DNA of 64,000 nt from Victivallales bacterium (GCA_029934175.1 JAOZMT010000001.1:19286-83285), one strand, 5' to 3'; counted from the stretch's first letter, positions 44,098 to 52,588 are shown. A program made the numbers and translations. Notes: a model not told the origin generated them from the sequence alone.

Positions 44098-44328
44098 TTA
44101 AATGTAATATTTTATTTCCTTTTTAAACTTTTTAAAGAATGGGCTATGAGATGGAGGCATGCGTTTTAATGCAAAAATTAATAGTGCCATTCTGAAAGTG
44201 ATAAAATGTTCTTCATCCGTATCTAAATTCTTTTTGGCTTCTTCAATTAATTCATTCCATTCGTTCTTTAAATCCTTAATAAACACTTTTAGTCCGTACT
44301 CTCTTTCAAATAAATTTTTGAGTGACAT
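44098..44328 (-). CDS. hypothetical protein
   Basis: The start was moved to the ATG at 44328 (GGAGG RBS, MSLKNLFE...). Confidence 0.55.
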   Translation of the reverse strand: MSLKNLFEREYGLKVFIKDLKNEWNELIEEAKKNLDTDEEHFITFRMALLIFALKRMPPSHSPFFKKFKKEIKYYI

Positions 44329-44380
44329 TTTAAACCTCCTTTTTCTCATAATAAGATGCTTTAATAATTATAAACTAATC

Positions 44381-44608
44381 CTATATTATATGGACTTGAT
44401 TTTTGCCATTTATTGTAAAGGCCTCATACCATATACCATTAACTTTTATTCCTAAAGTTTTTCTTTTTTCCGTCTTGACTAAATAAACCATTGCATTCTT
44501 AGATTCATAATATGTACCATCTGGACGATAAAAATAAATGATTCCAAAAGCATCAACGGGTTTTAGAATTTCTTTGACTTTGATTCTTGGAGATATTATT
44601 TTATTCAT
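44381..44608 (-). CDS. hypothetical protein
   Basis: 75-aa ORF with a GGAGG RBS. Confidence 0.6.
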   Translation of the reverse strand: MNKIISPRIKVKEILKPVDAFGIIYFYRPDGTYYESKNAMVYLVKTEKRKTLGIKVNGIWYEAFTINGKNQVHII

Positions 44609-44630
44609 CTTAAACCTCCTTTTTCTTTTC

Positions 44631-44658
44631 TAATAATTATTTTAAACATGAAAGTCAA
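44631..44658 (-). promoter_or_regulatory. conserved early promoter variant TTGACT-N13-TAATTATTA
   Basis: The - strand reads TTGACTttcatgtttaaaaTAATTATTA. It overlaps the stop of ORF 44642-45031. Confidence 0.5.
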
Positions 44659-45031
44659 TAGTTACCTTAAACTTTTTAACAATTTTCCAAAAGTCCTGTT
44701 TATCCTTAAAGAAAAATAAATATTTATGCCATTCTTTTTCTTGACCTAATGACCAAGGTTTTGTTTCCATTCTTATGGAATATTTTTTTAAACAAAGAAA
44801 AAAATTAGATGATTCTTTATTTTTAGTTTTTTTAACTTTTAAAGTGCCATCCCATAAATTTCCTGTTATTTGTTCTAAATCATAATTTATATAGTCATCA
44901 AATGATCCAAAAGCTGCTTTAATAAACATACACATGTCACCAAAAAATGGCATTAAATCATATCTGGCCTGATCATGTTCTTTTATGATGAAAACCTTTT
45001 TTCCAATTTGTAGATTGTAATAAGATGCCAT
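44642..45031 (-). CDS. hypothetical protein, first gene of the leftward arm
   Basis: 129-aa ORF with a GGAG RBS, directly downstream of promoter 45051-45078. Confidence 0.65.
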   Translation of the reverse strand: MASYYNLQIGKKVFIIKEHDQARYDLMPFFGDMCMFIKAAFGSFDDYINYDLEQITGNLWDGTLKVKKTKNKESSNFFLCLKKYSIRMETKPWSLGQEKEWHKYLFFFKDKQDFWKIVKKFKVTIDFHV

Positions 45032-45050
45032 TTAAATCTCCTTTTCTTCT

Positions 45051-45078
45051 TAATAATCATTTCAAATATAAAAGTCAA
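45051..45078 (-). promoter_or_regulatory. conserved early promoter TTGACT-N13-TGATTATTA (leftward)
   Basis: The - strand reads TTGACTtttatatttgaaaTGATTATTAagaagaaaaGGAGatttaaATG. Confidence 0.7.
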
Positions 45079-45094
45079 TAGGAAAAGATAATGA

Positions 45095-45490
45095 TTAGAT
45101 AGACCTAATTTTTGCTGATTTTATCAATATTGTATTTGTGACTAAATCAACAATTTATTTTTTTGCCCATAAATTTGGGAAAAAAGAAAAGTTTGGATTC
45201 ATATTTTCCGAGAAAAAATTCATTTGCACTTCAAATAGAAAAGATTCGAGAAAAAGAAAATTTTTTGATTGAAAGGAAAAAGTTAGATGTTTCAAACAAT
45301 GTCTCATAAAACAAATTTAGTTGCACTTCAAATAAGAAAAGTTTTAATATTTTATTTTTTCTAAAGAGCAAGAGAAAGTTAGGTCTGCCAAAGTATCTTA
45401 GATTGGCCTAACAATGCATGGCGGGACTAACAATTAAATCTATGTCGAGAATTAGGTCTATCTAACATTGGCAATTGGACCTAATCGTAC
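45095..45490. repeat. iteron-like repeat cluster A in the divergent control region
   Basis: Copies of GTTAGKYC / RGNCTAAY in both orientations: agacctaat 45101, aagttagatg 45280, aagttaggtc 45376, ggcctaac 45405, ggactaac 45424, attaggtc 45451 and ggacctaat 45478. In addition, TTGCACTTCAAATA(A)GAAAAG occurs twice, at 45224 and 45321. Confidence 0.7.
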
Positions 45491-45500
45491 AAAGTGGGTA

Positions 45501-45528
45501 TTGACTGTAAGACCAATAATGATTATTT
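45501..45528 (+). promoter_or_regulatory. conserved early promoter TTGACT-N13-TGATTATTT (rightward)
   Basis: TTGACTgtaagaccaataaTGATTATTT. It lies inside the track's GTG-started ORF, which argues for the ATG at 45557 as the true start. Confidence 0.7.
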
Positions 45529-45556
45529 ACATCTTAGATTTAGTTTGGAGGTGATC

Positions 45557-46996
45557 ATGCAGAAGGTAGTCAAGCTAAAATTAGAGAATTCTTTTGATAC
45601 AAACGGTGCGGAGGCCTTGCCTAAGTTTTTAAGGACTTATGGCAAGGCTTTTTCTTTTATTAGAGGTTTTTATAATCATAGGGCTATAGATTATAAGTCA
45701 AAATCTGTTTATATATACCCTTATACCAGTATAACATATTGGTATTCTATAGTTATCCATTTTGATATTGATCTCCAATTTAATGGAGATCAAGAGGAGC
45801 TATTCTATGATTTAAGCTTAAACTATGCTTATAACAACATTAGTGATGGAATTTTAATAAAAAACAAAGGCAGGGTAATTGGCTATTATGATTTGAGATA
45901 TCAAAGATTGATCCTAAGTGACATTACCCATTATGATGATGAATTATATCTAAAAAATGCTTATATTGTTTTGAAAGCAATTACAAGATTTTTTAACTTA
46001 AAAAAGTTATGGCAAAGGAAATATATAGATATAACTGTTGGCTGTGATCCAGAATTTTGTTTGGTTGATAGATATGGTGATATTGTACATGCCAATGATT
46101 ACATTGACGATGATTATGGTGAAAATGAAATAGGTGTAGATGGTAGCGGAGATCAGTTAGAGCTTAGACCTGCACCAGGTACACCAAACCAGGTTATAAA
46201 TAACCTAAGAAGCTTGATCAAGCAAGTAAAAGAGGCAGGTTTTGGCATGGCGTTGACCGCTGATTTTAGTTTAGGCGGACATATTCATTTTGGTTTGGGT
46301 GGACAGGTGCATCCATCTAGAAGCTTACTAGATGTATTAGACGATTTTATTGGCATACCAACAAGGCATATGTGCGCCAGATATGGCTATGGTGCGCTAA
46401 GTAGTTATGAAACTAAGGAGTGGGGTTTTGAATATCGTACACCAAGTGCGGCTATCTTCTTATTTCCTAGCATTGCTAGGATAATTCTAAAATTGGCTAA
46501 AAATATAGTAGCAAAGGCAATAAAAAATCAAACGATTGCATACAATAATCCTCCACTATTAGAAGATTATGTAAAATTAGGTCTAACTAAGAATGAGGCC
46601 CAAAAACTATTAAATTTTTACAGCACCAAAAACTATTTGGGCTATAATGTGATTGGATATTGGCTAAATAATAAAAGGATGTATCAAAGAAAAACCTACC
46701 CATTGACATTGGAATTTGAGGATAGATGGAGCTTCTATACAAAGAAAAATCTCTTAGAATGGGCAAAGCATATGAAACTAAGAAGACCCATCACTTTAGT
46801 GTTATACGGACTTATGGAAAGTAGAGGAAAAGTGAACACGATAAAAATACCAGGGTATGGCGTAATACAACATGAGAAGAGTGAAAGTAGCGGCGGCTAT
46901 GCCATTGGTATATGTTATGACTTAAGGCAAGGCGCTAATGATTATAAGATTATTAGGGCAATTAGGAAATATTTAAGGGAAAAATTTAAGGTGTAA
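45557..46996 (+). CDS. GS-fold carboxylate-amine ligase (Amidoligase_2-like), copy 2
   Basis: GGAGG RBS then the ATG at 45557. Motifs GCDPEF, GVDGSGDQLELRP, GGHIHFG and WGFEYRTPSA. Colinear paralogue of 38007-39494. Confidence 0.55.
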   Translation: MQKVVKLKLENSFDTNGAEALPKFLRTYGKAFSFIRGFYNHRAIDYKSKSVYIYPYTSITYWYSIVIHFDIDLQFNGDQEELFYDLSLNYAYNNISDGILIKNKGRVIGYYDLRYQRLILSDITHYDDELYLKNAYIVLKAITRFFNLKKLWQRKYIDITVGCDPEFCLVDRYGDIVHANDYIDDDYGENEIGVDGSGDQLELRPAPGTPNQVINNLRSLIKQVKEAGFGMALTADFSLGGHIHFGLGGQVHPSRSLLDVLDDFIGIPTRHMCARYGYGALSSYETKEWGFEYRTPSAAIFLFPSIARIILKLAKNIVAKAIKNQTIAYNNPPLLEDYVKLGLTKNEAQKLLNFYSTKNYLGYNVIGYWLNNKRMYQRKTYPLTLEFEDRWSFYTKKNLLEWAKHMKLRRPITLVLYGLMESRGKVNTIKIPGYGVIQHEKSESSGGYAIGICYDLRQGANDYKIIRAIRKYLREKFKV

Positions 46997-47010
46997 AAGG
47001 GGGTAAAAAT

Positions 47011-47694
47011 ATGTGTATAATTGCTTACTGCAAGGAAAGAAAATTAAATTATAGTGAATTAACAAATTGCTGGTGTAATAACAATCATGGTGTCGGTGTA
47101 GCATGGCAAAGCAAAGGATTTGTTCACTTTAAAAAAGGATTTATGGAATTAAACGATTTTAAAGCATTCTATGATAAGTTTAATCATATTCCGCATGCTG
47201 TGCACTTCCGCACACAGACAAGTGGTGGTGTTTGCAAAGAATTAACTCATCCTTTTGTATTGGACTTTAAAAATCCTTTAGAAGGTAAAACTAAACAAGG
47301 CGTTTTATTTCATAATGGTATAATAACCGATTGGAGATCAAAGTTAGACATAATAGCTTATTACTGCATAAGAAAAAATAAAAAATTTCCTGTAGGTAAG
47401 ATGAGTGATAGCAGGGTAATGGCTATTTTAGTAAAGATTTTAGGCACGGGATATCTTGAATCTATAGCGGCTTATGATAGATTTTTGATTATGCGGCCTA
47501 ATGTTGTCACTTTATTAGGAGATTGGATAAAAGAAGATGGGATTTATTTTTCTAATTTAGATTATGAAGACTATAGTATCCTTTACAATAATACCGATTA
47601 TGATGATGATTTAGTCAGTTGTAGTTTTGGCTTTGAATGGGAAAAAACAAAGAAAAGGAGAAAGAAAAATGATAAAAGTTATCACAAAGTATAG
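47011..47694 (+). CDS. class II (Ntn) glutamine amidotransferase-like protein, copy 2
   Basis: Begins MCIIAYC. Colinear with 37316-38005 (HFRT.TSGG...ELTHPF, NPLEGKT..GVLFHNG, YYCIRK, SDSR, GIYFSN). Confidence 0.7.
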   Translation: MCIIAYCKERKLNYSELTNCWCNNNHGVGVAWQSKGFVHFKKGFMELNDFKAFYDKFNHIPHAVHFRTQTSGGVCKELTHPFVLDFKNPLEGKTKQGVLFHNGIITDWRSKLDIIAYYCIRKNKKFPVGKMSDSRVMAILVKILGTGYLESIAAYDRFLIMRPNVVTLLGDWIKEDGIYFSNLDYEDYSILYNNTDYDDDLVSCSFGFEWEKTKKRRKKNDKSYHKV

Positions 47695-47794
47695 AAAATG
47701 TTATTTGTGTGGTATTAGGAAAAAAATACTATATGAACACAAAGGTAATTTATACTGTAAAAAATGTTATAAATTGGTAAAGGGAGAAAAATGA
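47669..47794 (+). CDS. 41-aa zinc-ribbon protein
   Basis: Not in the track. AAGGAG RBS. CYLC .. CKKC. Its stop overlaps the next start (ATGA). Confidence 0.5.
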   Translation: MIKVITKYRKCYLCGIRKKILYEHKGNLYCKKCYKLVKGEK

Positions 47795-48000
47795 TAGATT
47801 TTATGGCATTTAAGAAGATATTAAATAGATATTGGATAAAAGTTATAGGGAATTATGTACCACACAATTTATCTATTGCTTTTTATGAAGCTTACCTAAA
47901 AACTTATCTTAAAAAAAGGATAAATGCTGAAGATTTTATAAAATTATTTTTTGTCTATGTGGGCAAAGGTAAAGGATTATACATAAATAAAAAAGCATAA
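47791..48000 (+). CDS. hypothetical protein
   Basis: 69-aa ORF with an AGGGAG RBS. Confidence 0.55.
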   Translation: MIDFMAFKKILNRYWIKVIGNYVPHNLSIAFYEAYLKTYLKKRINAEDFIKLFFVYVGKGKGLYINKKA

Positions 48001-48012
48001 AGGAGGTGCAAA

Positions 48013-48333
48013 ATGCACAAAATAAAATTAATCAATGATGGTGTAAGGATTAATGATAAAGATTATAAAATAGGGCATTATATCAAAGCAATAGACGATA
48101 AAGGTAAAATTAAATTTGTAGGCAGGATACAATTTAGGGCTTACTTAGATGGTGAAGGTTATATAGATGATCAACATTTGGGCTTTGTAGTGGAAGATAT
48201 TGATATTCCTCATATGCGGAGATATACCTTGATTGATTTGATAAATACAGGGTGGAAGCTTCATATTACTAAAACAAGACCCAAAGTAAAGGTTAAATTA
48301 ATAAAAGGCAAGACAATTTACAAGGAGGTATAA
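48013..48333 (+). CDS. small beta-rich protein, paralogue of 35498-35884
   Basis: Shared DD.HLGFV core and flanks. AGGAGG RBS. Confidence 0.65.
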   Translation: MHKIKLINDGVRINDKDYKIGHYIKAIDDKGKIKFVGRIQFRAYLDGEGYIDDQHLGFVVEDIDIPHMRRYTLIDLINTGWKLHITKTRPKVKVKLIKGKTIYKEV

Positions 48334-48582
48334 ATGCCTAATTGGCATATGATAAAGTTATTTAGCAAAATGAAAAAGTATCAAATTGGCATGATTAGTG
48401 CTAGGAGTAATTTTATGATGGAAAAACAAATAGAAAAATTGGAAATGGAAAGGAAATACAAAATAGATGATGAAGATATCTTAGTAAGAGAAGGGCTAAC
48501 AAGAGCAATGAACGATTGGCTTTTAGAGATTTTAAAAGCAAAAGAAGATTATTATGATAAAATAATAGCTAAGGAGGCATAG
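48334..48582 (+). CDS. hypothetical protein
   Basis: 82-aa ORF with an AGGAGG RBS. Confidence 0.6.
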   Translation: MPNWHMIKLFSKMKKYQIGMISARSNFMMEKQIEKLEMERKYKIDDEDILVREGLTRAMNDWLLEILKAKEDYYDKIIAKEA

Positions 48583-48584
48583 AG

Positions 48585-48797
48585 ATGACAGAAAAGCAGT
48601 TTAAAAAAACACCATTCTATCAAAGTGTTAAATTTTTGATTAAGGATATTGGTTTTGATCAATTTAAGAAAAGATACCTTGGTTTTGTTAAGAGTGCTGA
48701 GTTATGGCTGGAAATAGAAAAAATGAAAAAAGCCATTGATAAATTAGAAACTCAAGCCAATGATGTAATAAAAGATTACCAAAGACATATTACCTAA
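48585..48797 (+). CDS. hypothetical protein
   Basis: 70-aa ORF with an AGGAGG RBS. Confidence 0.6.
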   Translation: MTEKQFKKTPFYQSVKFLIKDIGFDQFKKRYLGFVKSAELWLEIEKMKKAIDKLETQANDVIKDYQRHIT

Positions 48798-48819
48798 ATT
48801 TTAAAAGGAGGTATAAAAA

Positions 48820-48996
48820 ATGAATAAACTAAACTTAATAGTTACGATAACTAGTAGATTAGAATTAGAAGACAAAGAAGGGTTTAAAGATGCGGTGTTG
48901 GAAAAGATAAGGGAAATGATCAATAACTACTATTGGCTAAGAGGCAAAAAATTTGATTTTACCTTAGAAGGCAAAATAACAAAAAAGGAGGCTTAA
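48820..48996 (+). CDS. 58-aa hypothetical protein
   Basis: Not in the track. AGGAGG RBS. Sequence MNKLNLIVTITSRLELEDKEGFKDAVLEKIREMINNYYWLRGKK... Confidence 0.55.
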   Translation: MNKLNLIVTITSRLELEDKEGFKDAVLEKIREMINNYYWLRGKKFDFTLEGKITKKEA

Positions 48997-48997
48997 A

Positions 48998-49210
48998 ATG
49001 ATAAAAGATTTGATCTTTAGGTGTAAAAAATGTAAGGCATTAAATGAGGTGTTAGATGCTAAAGATAAAGTTAGATGTGACAGGTGCGGCTTAGTGCACG
49101 ATTTGAGTGATTTGTTTAATGAAAAAGTGATAAAGGAAAAGGTAATTACCACAGAGATTTTTACCATAGATGGAAATTGCTTAAAAATAATAGAAAGGGA
49201 AAGGAGGTGA
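48998..49210 (+). CDS. zinc-ribbon protein
   Basis: CKKC .. CDRC. AGGAGG RBS. Confidence 0.6.
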   Translation: MIKDLIFRCKKCKALNEVLDAKDKVRCDRCGLVHDLSDLFNEKVIKEKVITTEIFTIDGNCLKIIERERR

Positions 49211-49214
49211 TAAC

Positions 49215-49568
49215 ATGGCAGAACCTACAACATTGGCAGTAGGTTTAAAGGCAAGTGAGTTAACAGAAGATGTTAGGGGAAGGTTATTTTATCTATCATC
49301 TAATTATGAGTGCCATTATGTAGATATCCTTGACTTTATACCAGGGAAATACGGAGACCAAAAAAGGGATAAAAAAGCAACAAGTGAGTATGAAAAAAGG
49401 ATTAGTGCCAGTGACAAATATTATGGCTTTGCAGTAGCACAAACGTGGAATGGAGTAATAAACTTAGATGATCCCCTCATACAAGACAGGATTAGGAAGG
49501 CAAAGGAATGGTTTAGGAAGGTGACGGGTAAAGAAGGCAAGATTTTATTAATAGGTGAACAAACATAA
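49215..49568 (+). CDS. hypothetical protein
   Basis: 117-aa ORF with an AGGAGG RBS. Confidence 0.65.
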   Translation: MAEPTTLAVGLKASELTEDVRGRLFYLSSNYECHYVDILDFIPGKYGDQKRDKKATSEYEKRISASDKYYGFAVAQTWNGVINLDDPLIQDRIRKAKEWFRKVTGKEGKILLIGEQT

Positions 49569-49583
49569 GAAAGGAGGTTTAAA

Positions 49584-49934
49584 ATGTTTAAAAATGATTT
49601 TTACAAAGAATATGTAATAAAAGAAGATGATGGTGAAAGGATTTTAGAAGGTAAATATAAAGAATATGGAGCTTTTTTGGTACTAGAAAAATTGAGTGAA
49701 TTAAAAATGCCTAGTCTATTAAAAAATCTAGTCTTGCAGTTAATGGAAAGAGATTATACTGATTTACAGGTTATCATTGACAATTTTAAAATCTCCAATG
49801 ATACTTGTGTCTTTAGTGGCAAAATCTATCATGACAATTTTACAGTAAATAGCAGTATAGAGATTTCCTTGACTATTGCTTATGATGTTTTTAAATATGA
49901 GATTACTCAAAGATATCATGGTGTTGTAGATTAA
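49584..49934 (+). CDS. hypothetical protein
   Basis: 116-aa ORF with an AGGAGG RBS. Confidence 0.65.
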   Translation: MFKNDFYKEYVIKEDDGERILEGKYKEYGAFLVLEKLSELKMPSLLKNLVLQLMERDYTDLQVIIDNFKISNDTCVFSGKIYHDNFTVNSSIEISLTIAYDVFKYEITQRYHGVVD

Positions 49935-49953
49935 AAAATTAGGAGGAACTAAA

Positions 49954-50115
49954 ATGAGGCATAAAATAAGAAAAATTTTACTAAGACTTAGGATTTATCC
50001 TAAATGTTTTAGTCCTTGTCCTCCATTCTATGATATATGCAACAGACAAGATTTAAGAAAGTTAAAATGTAGGTTATGCCAGGTAATTTATGACTGGTAC
50101 GATTACATTGAGTAA
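49954..50115 (+). CDS. 53-aa Cys-rich small protein
   Basis: Not in the track. AGGAGG RBS. Sequence MRHKIRKILLRLRIYPKCFSPCPPFYDICNRQDLRKLKCRLCQ... Confidence 0.5.
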   Translation: MRHKIRKILLRLRIYPKCFSPCPPFYDICNRQDLRKLKCRLCQVIYDWYDYIE

Positions 50116-50131
50116 AAATTAAAATTGGCTA

Positions 50132-50159
50132 TTGACTTTTAAACAAAGGATGATTATTG
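50132..50159 (+). promoter_or_regulatory. conserved early promoter TTGACT-N13-TGATTATTG
   Basis: TTGACTtttaaacaaaggaTGATTATTG. Confidence 0.65.
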
Positions 50160-50187
50160 TAATAGAAAAGGATAAAAGGAGGGTGAA

Positions 50188-50271
50188 ATGGATAAGGTGA
50201 ATTTGATTTTAACAGTAATGGTTTTTGGGCTAATTTTTTTGTTAATTGCTATATTAGATGGATTGTTATAA
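50188..50271 (+). CDS. 27-aa hydrophobic micro-protein (MDKVNLILTVMVFGLIFLLIAILDGLL)
   Basis: Not in the track. GGAGGG RBS. It is the first ORF after the promoter. Confidence 0.35.
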   Translation: MDKVNLILTVMVFGLIFLLIAILDGLL

Positions 50272-50284
50272 AGGAGGTATTAAA

Positions 50285-50488
50285 ATGAAAACTCACAAAG
50301 TAGCGGTCAAAAAAGCAAGTGATGAAGGGTGGAAAGTTAGATATACTAAGGATTTGAATGGCTTTATCAAAAACATGCTTAGTGAATACAAAACTATTGT
50401 CCTCAACATTGACCCTCAAGCTTTAGATTTTTATCCTAGTGAGAAAGTAGATGTAGCAATTACAATAGCAGATTTTTATTTAGGATAA
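50285..50488 (+). CDS. hypothetical protein
   Basis: The start was moved to the AGGAGG-supported ATG at 50285. Confidence 0.6.
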   Translation: MKTHKVAVKKASDEGWKVRYTKDLNGFIKNMLSEYKTIVLNIDPQALDFYPSEKVDVAITIADFYLG

Positions 50489-50500
50489 AGGAGGTGCACT

Positions 50501-50815
50501 ATGTTTAACCTTTTGCAAACTTTGCAAGATAAAAGGACGGGTAAATTGGTACTTTATCTAGGAGTGAAAGGTGAACATATGATAGGGAAGAGAGAGGATG
50601 GCAGAATTGTTAGAGATAAGACAGGGCGTCGATGGAAAGAGATCAGAGATGAAAAAGGTAGAATTTTGATTGGAAAGGAAGTGGATAAGTGGGAAATATA
50701 CGGCTATTATTTTGGGTGCGTAAAGCAAAGCTTGTGGGATAAGATGGGACCTGACATGAGCTTAAAAAAGTATGTAAAGGAGGCTAAAAATGCAAGTGGA
50801 AAAACTAACAGATAA
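50501..50815 (+). CDS. hypothetical basic protein
   Basis: 104-aa ORF with an AGGAGG RBS. Confidence 0.65.
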   Translation: MFNLLQTLQDKRTGKLVLYLGVKGEHMIGKREDGRIVRDKTGRRWKEIRDEKGRILIGKEVDKWEIYGYYFGCVKQSLWDKMGPDMSLKKYVKEAKNASGKTNR

Positions 50816-50963
50816 TATTTATTTCACTAATTATGGGCATAACACCAAAGGTAAAATTGTAACACTAAAAGACTTAAAAGAATGGGAAAGGGAAATAGTA
50901 AAGGTGCTAGAAGGTTTTGATATATGGCAGATAATCAAGGAAAAGGAGGTGATGCGTAAGTAA
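50790..50963 (+). CDS. 57-aa hypothetical protein
   Basis: Not in the track. AAGGAGG RBS inside the upstream gene end. It ends just before the terminator. Confidence 0.45.
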   Translation: MQVEKLTDNIYFTNYGHNTKGKIVTLKDLKEWEREIVKVLEGFDIWQIIKEKEVMRK

Positions 50964-50983
50964 GAAAAAGTAGGCGGCTTTTT

Positions 50984-51015
50984 GCCAAGGGCTTATTGTC
51001 CTTGGCATTTTTTTA
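50984..51015 (+). terminator. rho-independent terminator
   Basis: Stem GCCAAGG / CCTTGGC, a 9-nt loop, then ATTTTTTTA. Confidence 0.75.
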
Positions 51016-51056
51016 TGGCCAAACGCCAATTGAGTCAGGTAATTTTTTCCGATTAC

Positions 51057-51128
51057 TTGTCTTATCGGAGTTTTTGTCTGATATCCGATTTTCTTTTCTT
51101 TGTCGGAAGTCGGAATGTTTTGTCTGAT
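51057..51128. repeat. TTGTCTKAT direct repeats
   Basis: ttgtcttat 51057, ttgtctgat 51074 and ttgtctgat 51120, plus a degenerate tttgtcgga near 51100. Confidence 0.5.
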
Positions 51129-51134
51129 TGACAA

Positions 51135-51460
51135 TGTTTGATGGGCCTAAGTTTTCTGCCCAGAAAAAATTAGGTCTATTTAAGTTAGTTCAATTTGACA
51201 AAGTTTGTTTGGCCTAACTAAGTTAGTTCCACAAAACAAAGTTAGTTCGCTTCAATAAAGTTAGTTCAGTGGAACTAAGTTAGTTCGACCTAACAAAGTT
51301 AGAAAAAAAAACATAGTTCACTTCAATGAAAGTTAGTTCAATCTAACAATGTTTGTTAGGCCGAACTAACTTAGTTTGGCCTAATTAACTTTTTAAGACG
51401 GAACTAAGAATTTGTTCCAGAAAAGTTAGGCCTATCTAAGATTGTCTATTGGAACTTGTC
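51135..51460. repeat. iteron cluster B, including an array of AAGTTAGTTC with a 19-bp period
   Basis: AAGTTAGTTC starts at 51182, 51220, 51239, 51258, 51277 and 51330, and 51220-51277 are spaced exactly 19 bp apart. A degenerate unit is at 51296. Palindromes GAACTAAGTTAGTTC (51271) and GAACTAACTTAGTTT (51363) are present, along with GGCCTAAS copies. Confidence 0.85.
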
Positions 51461-51484
51461 GTTTAGTATTAAAATTTTAATATC

Positions 51485-51512
51485 TTGACAAGGTAAAAAA
51501 TGATGATTATTA
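51485..51512 (+). promoter_or_regulatory. conserved early promoter TTGACA-N13-TGATTATTA
   Basis: TTGACAaggtaaaaaatgaTGATTATTA, upstream of the ArdC-like gene. Confidence 0.65.
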
Positions 51513-51540
51513 GTTAAGAAAAAGCACAAGGAGGTTTAAG

Positions 51541-52458
51541 ATGAATAAGGTCTATCAAATAGTCAATGAAAAGATTTTGGAAGGTCTCCGTCAAGGTCAA
51601 ATACCTTGGCGCAAGCCATGGGCTGTTAATGATATCCTTACTTTCCATAGAAACGTTATAACTAAAAAACCCTATAGAGGAATAAACGTAATTTTACTTA
51701 GTTTGGCTTGCCAAAAAAATAGAGATTATCGTAAGTTATGGCTAACATATAGGCAAGCCAAACAATTAGGAGGTTTCATCTATAAAAACAGCAAGCCTCA
51801 ATTAGTGGTTTATTGGAGCTTATACATTAAACTAAATGGTAAGCTTGTAAAACTACAAGATATACAAGATTTTATCGATGATAATGAAGATAAGGAAATA
51901 ATACCAATTTTAAGATACTATAATGTTTTTAATGTTGCTAACTTAGGACCTGATGATTTAAGAGAAAAAATCATTAAAAAATTTGACAATATAGCTAATA
52001 ACACCAAAAAAATTAATCCTATCAATAGGGCAGAAAAAATTATCGAAAAGTATATTGATAAGCCTCCAATTTATCAAGAAGATATTGACAAAGCTTATTA
52101 TTCATTATTAAGAGATGAGATTCACTTGCCAAAAAGAGATTATTTTATTAGTGCGGAGGAATACTACTCTACCCTATTTCACGAAATGGTGCACTCTACT
52201 GGACATCCCAAACGTTTGGCAAGATTAAATAGCAATTATACCCATGAGGACTATAGTCTTGAGGAATTAACTGCCGAAATAGGAAGCGCTTACTTGCTAA
52301 ATATAGCTAACATTGACATTGAGGCAGTTACCAAAAACAACATTGCTTATATACAAAGTTGGTATAAGCAATTAAGTAATAATCCTAAATGGATAACTTG
52401 GGCCGCTAGTAGGGCCCAAAAGGCAGTTGATTACATTTTAGGCATAAAACAAGATTAA
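51541..52458 (+). CDS. ardC: ArdC-like antirestriction protein (ssDNA-binding N-domain + zincin metalloprotease)
   Basis: N-terminal WRKPW, YRGINVILL and TYRQAKQLGG. C-terminal HEMVHSTGH and EELTAEIGSAYL. AGGAGG RBS. Confidence 0.8.
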   Translation: MNKVYQIVNEKILEGLRQGQIPWRKPWAVNDILTFHRNVITKKPYRGINVILLSLACQKNRDYRKLWLTYRQAKQLGGFIYKNSKPQLVVYWSLYIKLNGKLVKLQDIQDFIDDNEDKEIIPILRYYNVFNVANLGPDDLREKIIKKFDNIANNTKKINPINRAEKIIEKYIDKPPIYQEDIDKAYYSLLRDEIHLPKRDYFISAEEYYSTLFHEMVHSTGHPKRLARLNSNYTHEDYSLEELTAEIGSAYLLNIANIDIEAVTKNNIAYIQSWYKQLSNNPKWITWAASRAQKAVDYILGIKQD

Positions 52459-52470
52459 AAAAAATTAAAT

Positions 52471-52508
52471 GGCATAGGAAATTTTAAAAATCCTATGCCA
52501 TTTTTTTA
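52471..52508 (+). terminator. rho-independent terminator
   Basis: Stem GGCATAGGA / TCCTATGCC, an 11-nt loop, then ATTTTTTTA. Confidence 0.8.
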
Positions 52509-52553
52509 TGCAAAAATCGTTCACTATGCAAAAATTATGCCAATATGCAAAAA
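52507..52553 (+). repeat. three direct TATGCAAAAA repeats (18-19 bp period)
   Basis: Starts at 52507, 52525 and 52544. Related ATGCAAAAAA copies occur at 54377 and 55937. Confidence 0.7.
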
Positions 52554-52588
52554 CTATGCCACGATAGAATATTTTAATAATGTTTAGT

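Noticed and set aside
45494-45556. GTG start at 45494 for the amidoligase copy 2 ORF.
   Set aside because: This extension contains the conserved promoter (45501-45528). The GGAGG RBS precedes the ATG at 45557, and the paralogue aligns from that Met.
50907-51134. - strand track ORF of 75 aa.
   Set aside because: It spans the rho-independent terminator 50984-51015 and the TTGTCTGAT repeat region. It has no RBS, and the + strand ORF 50790-50963 fits better.
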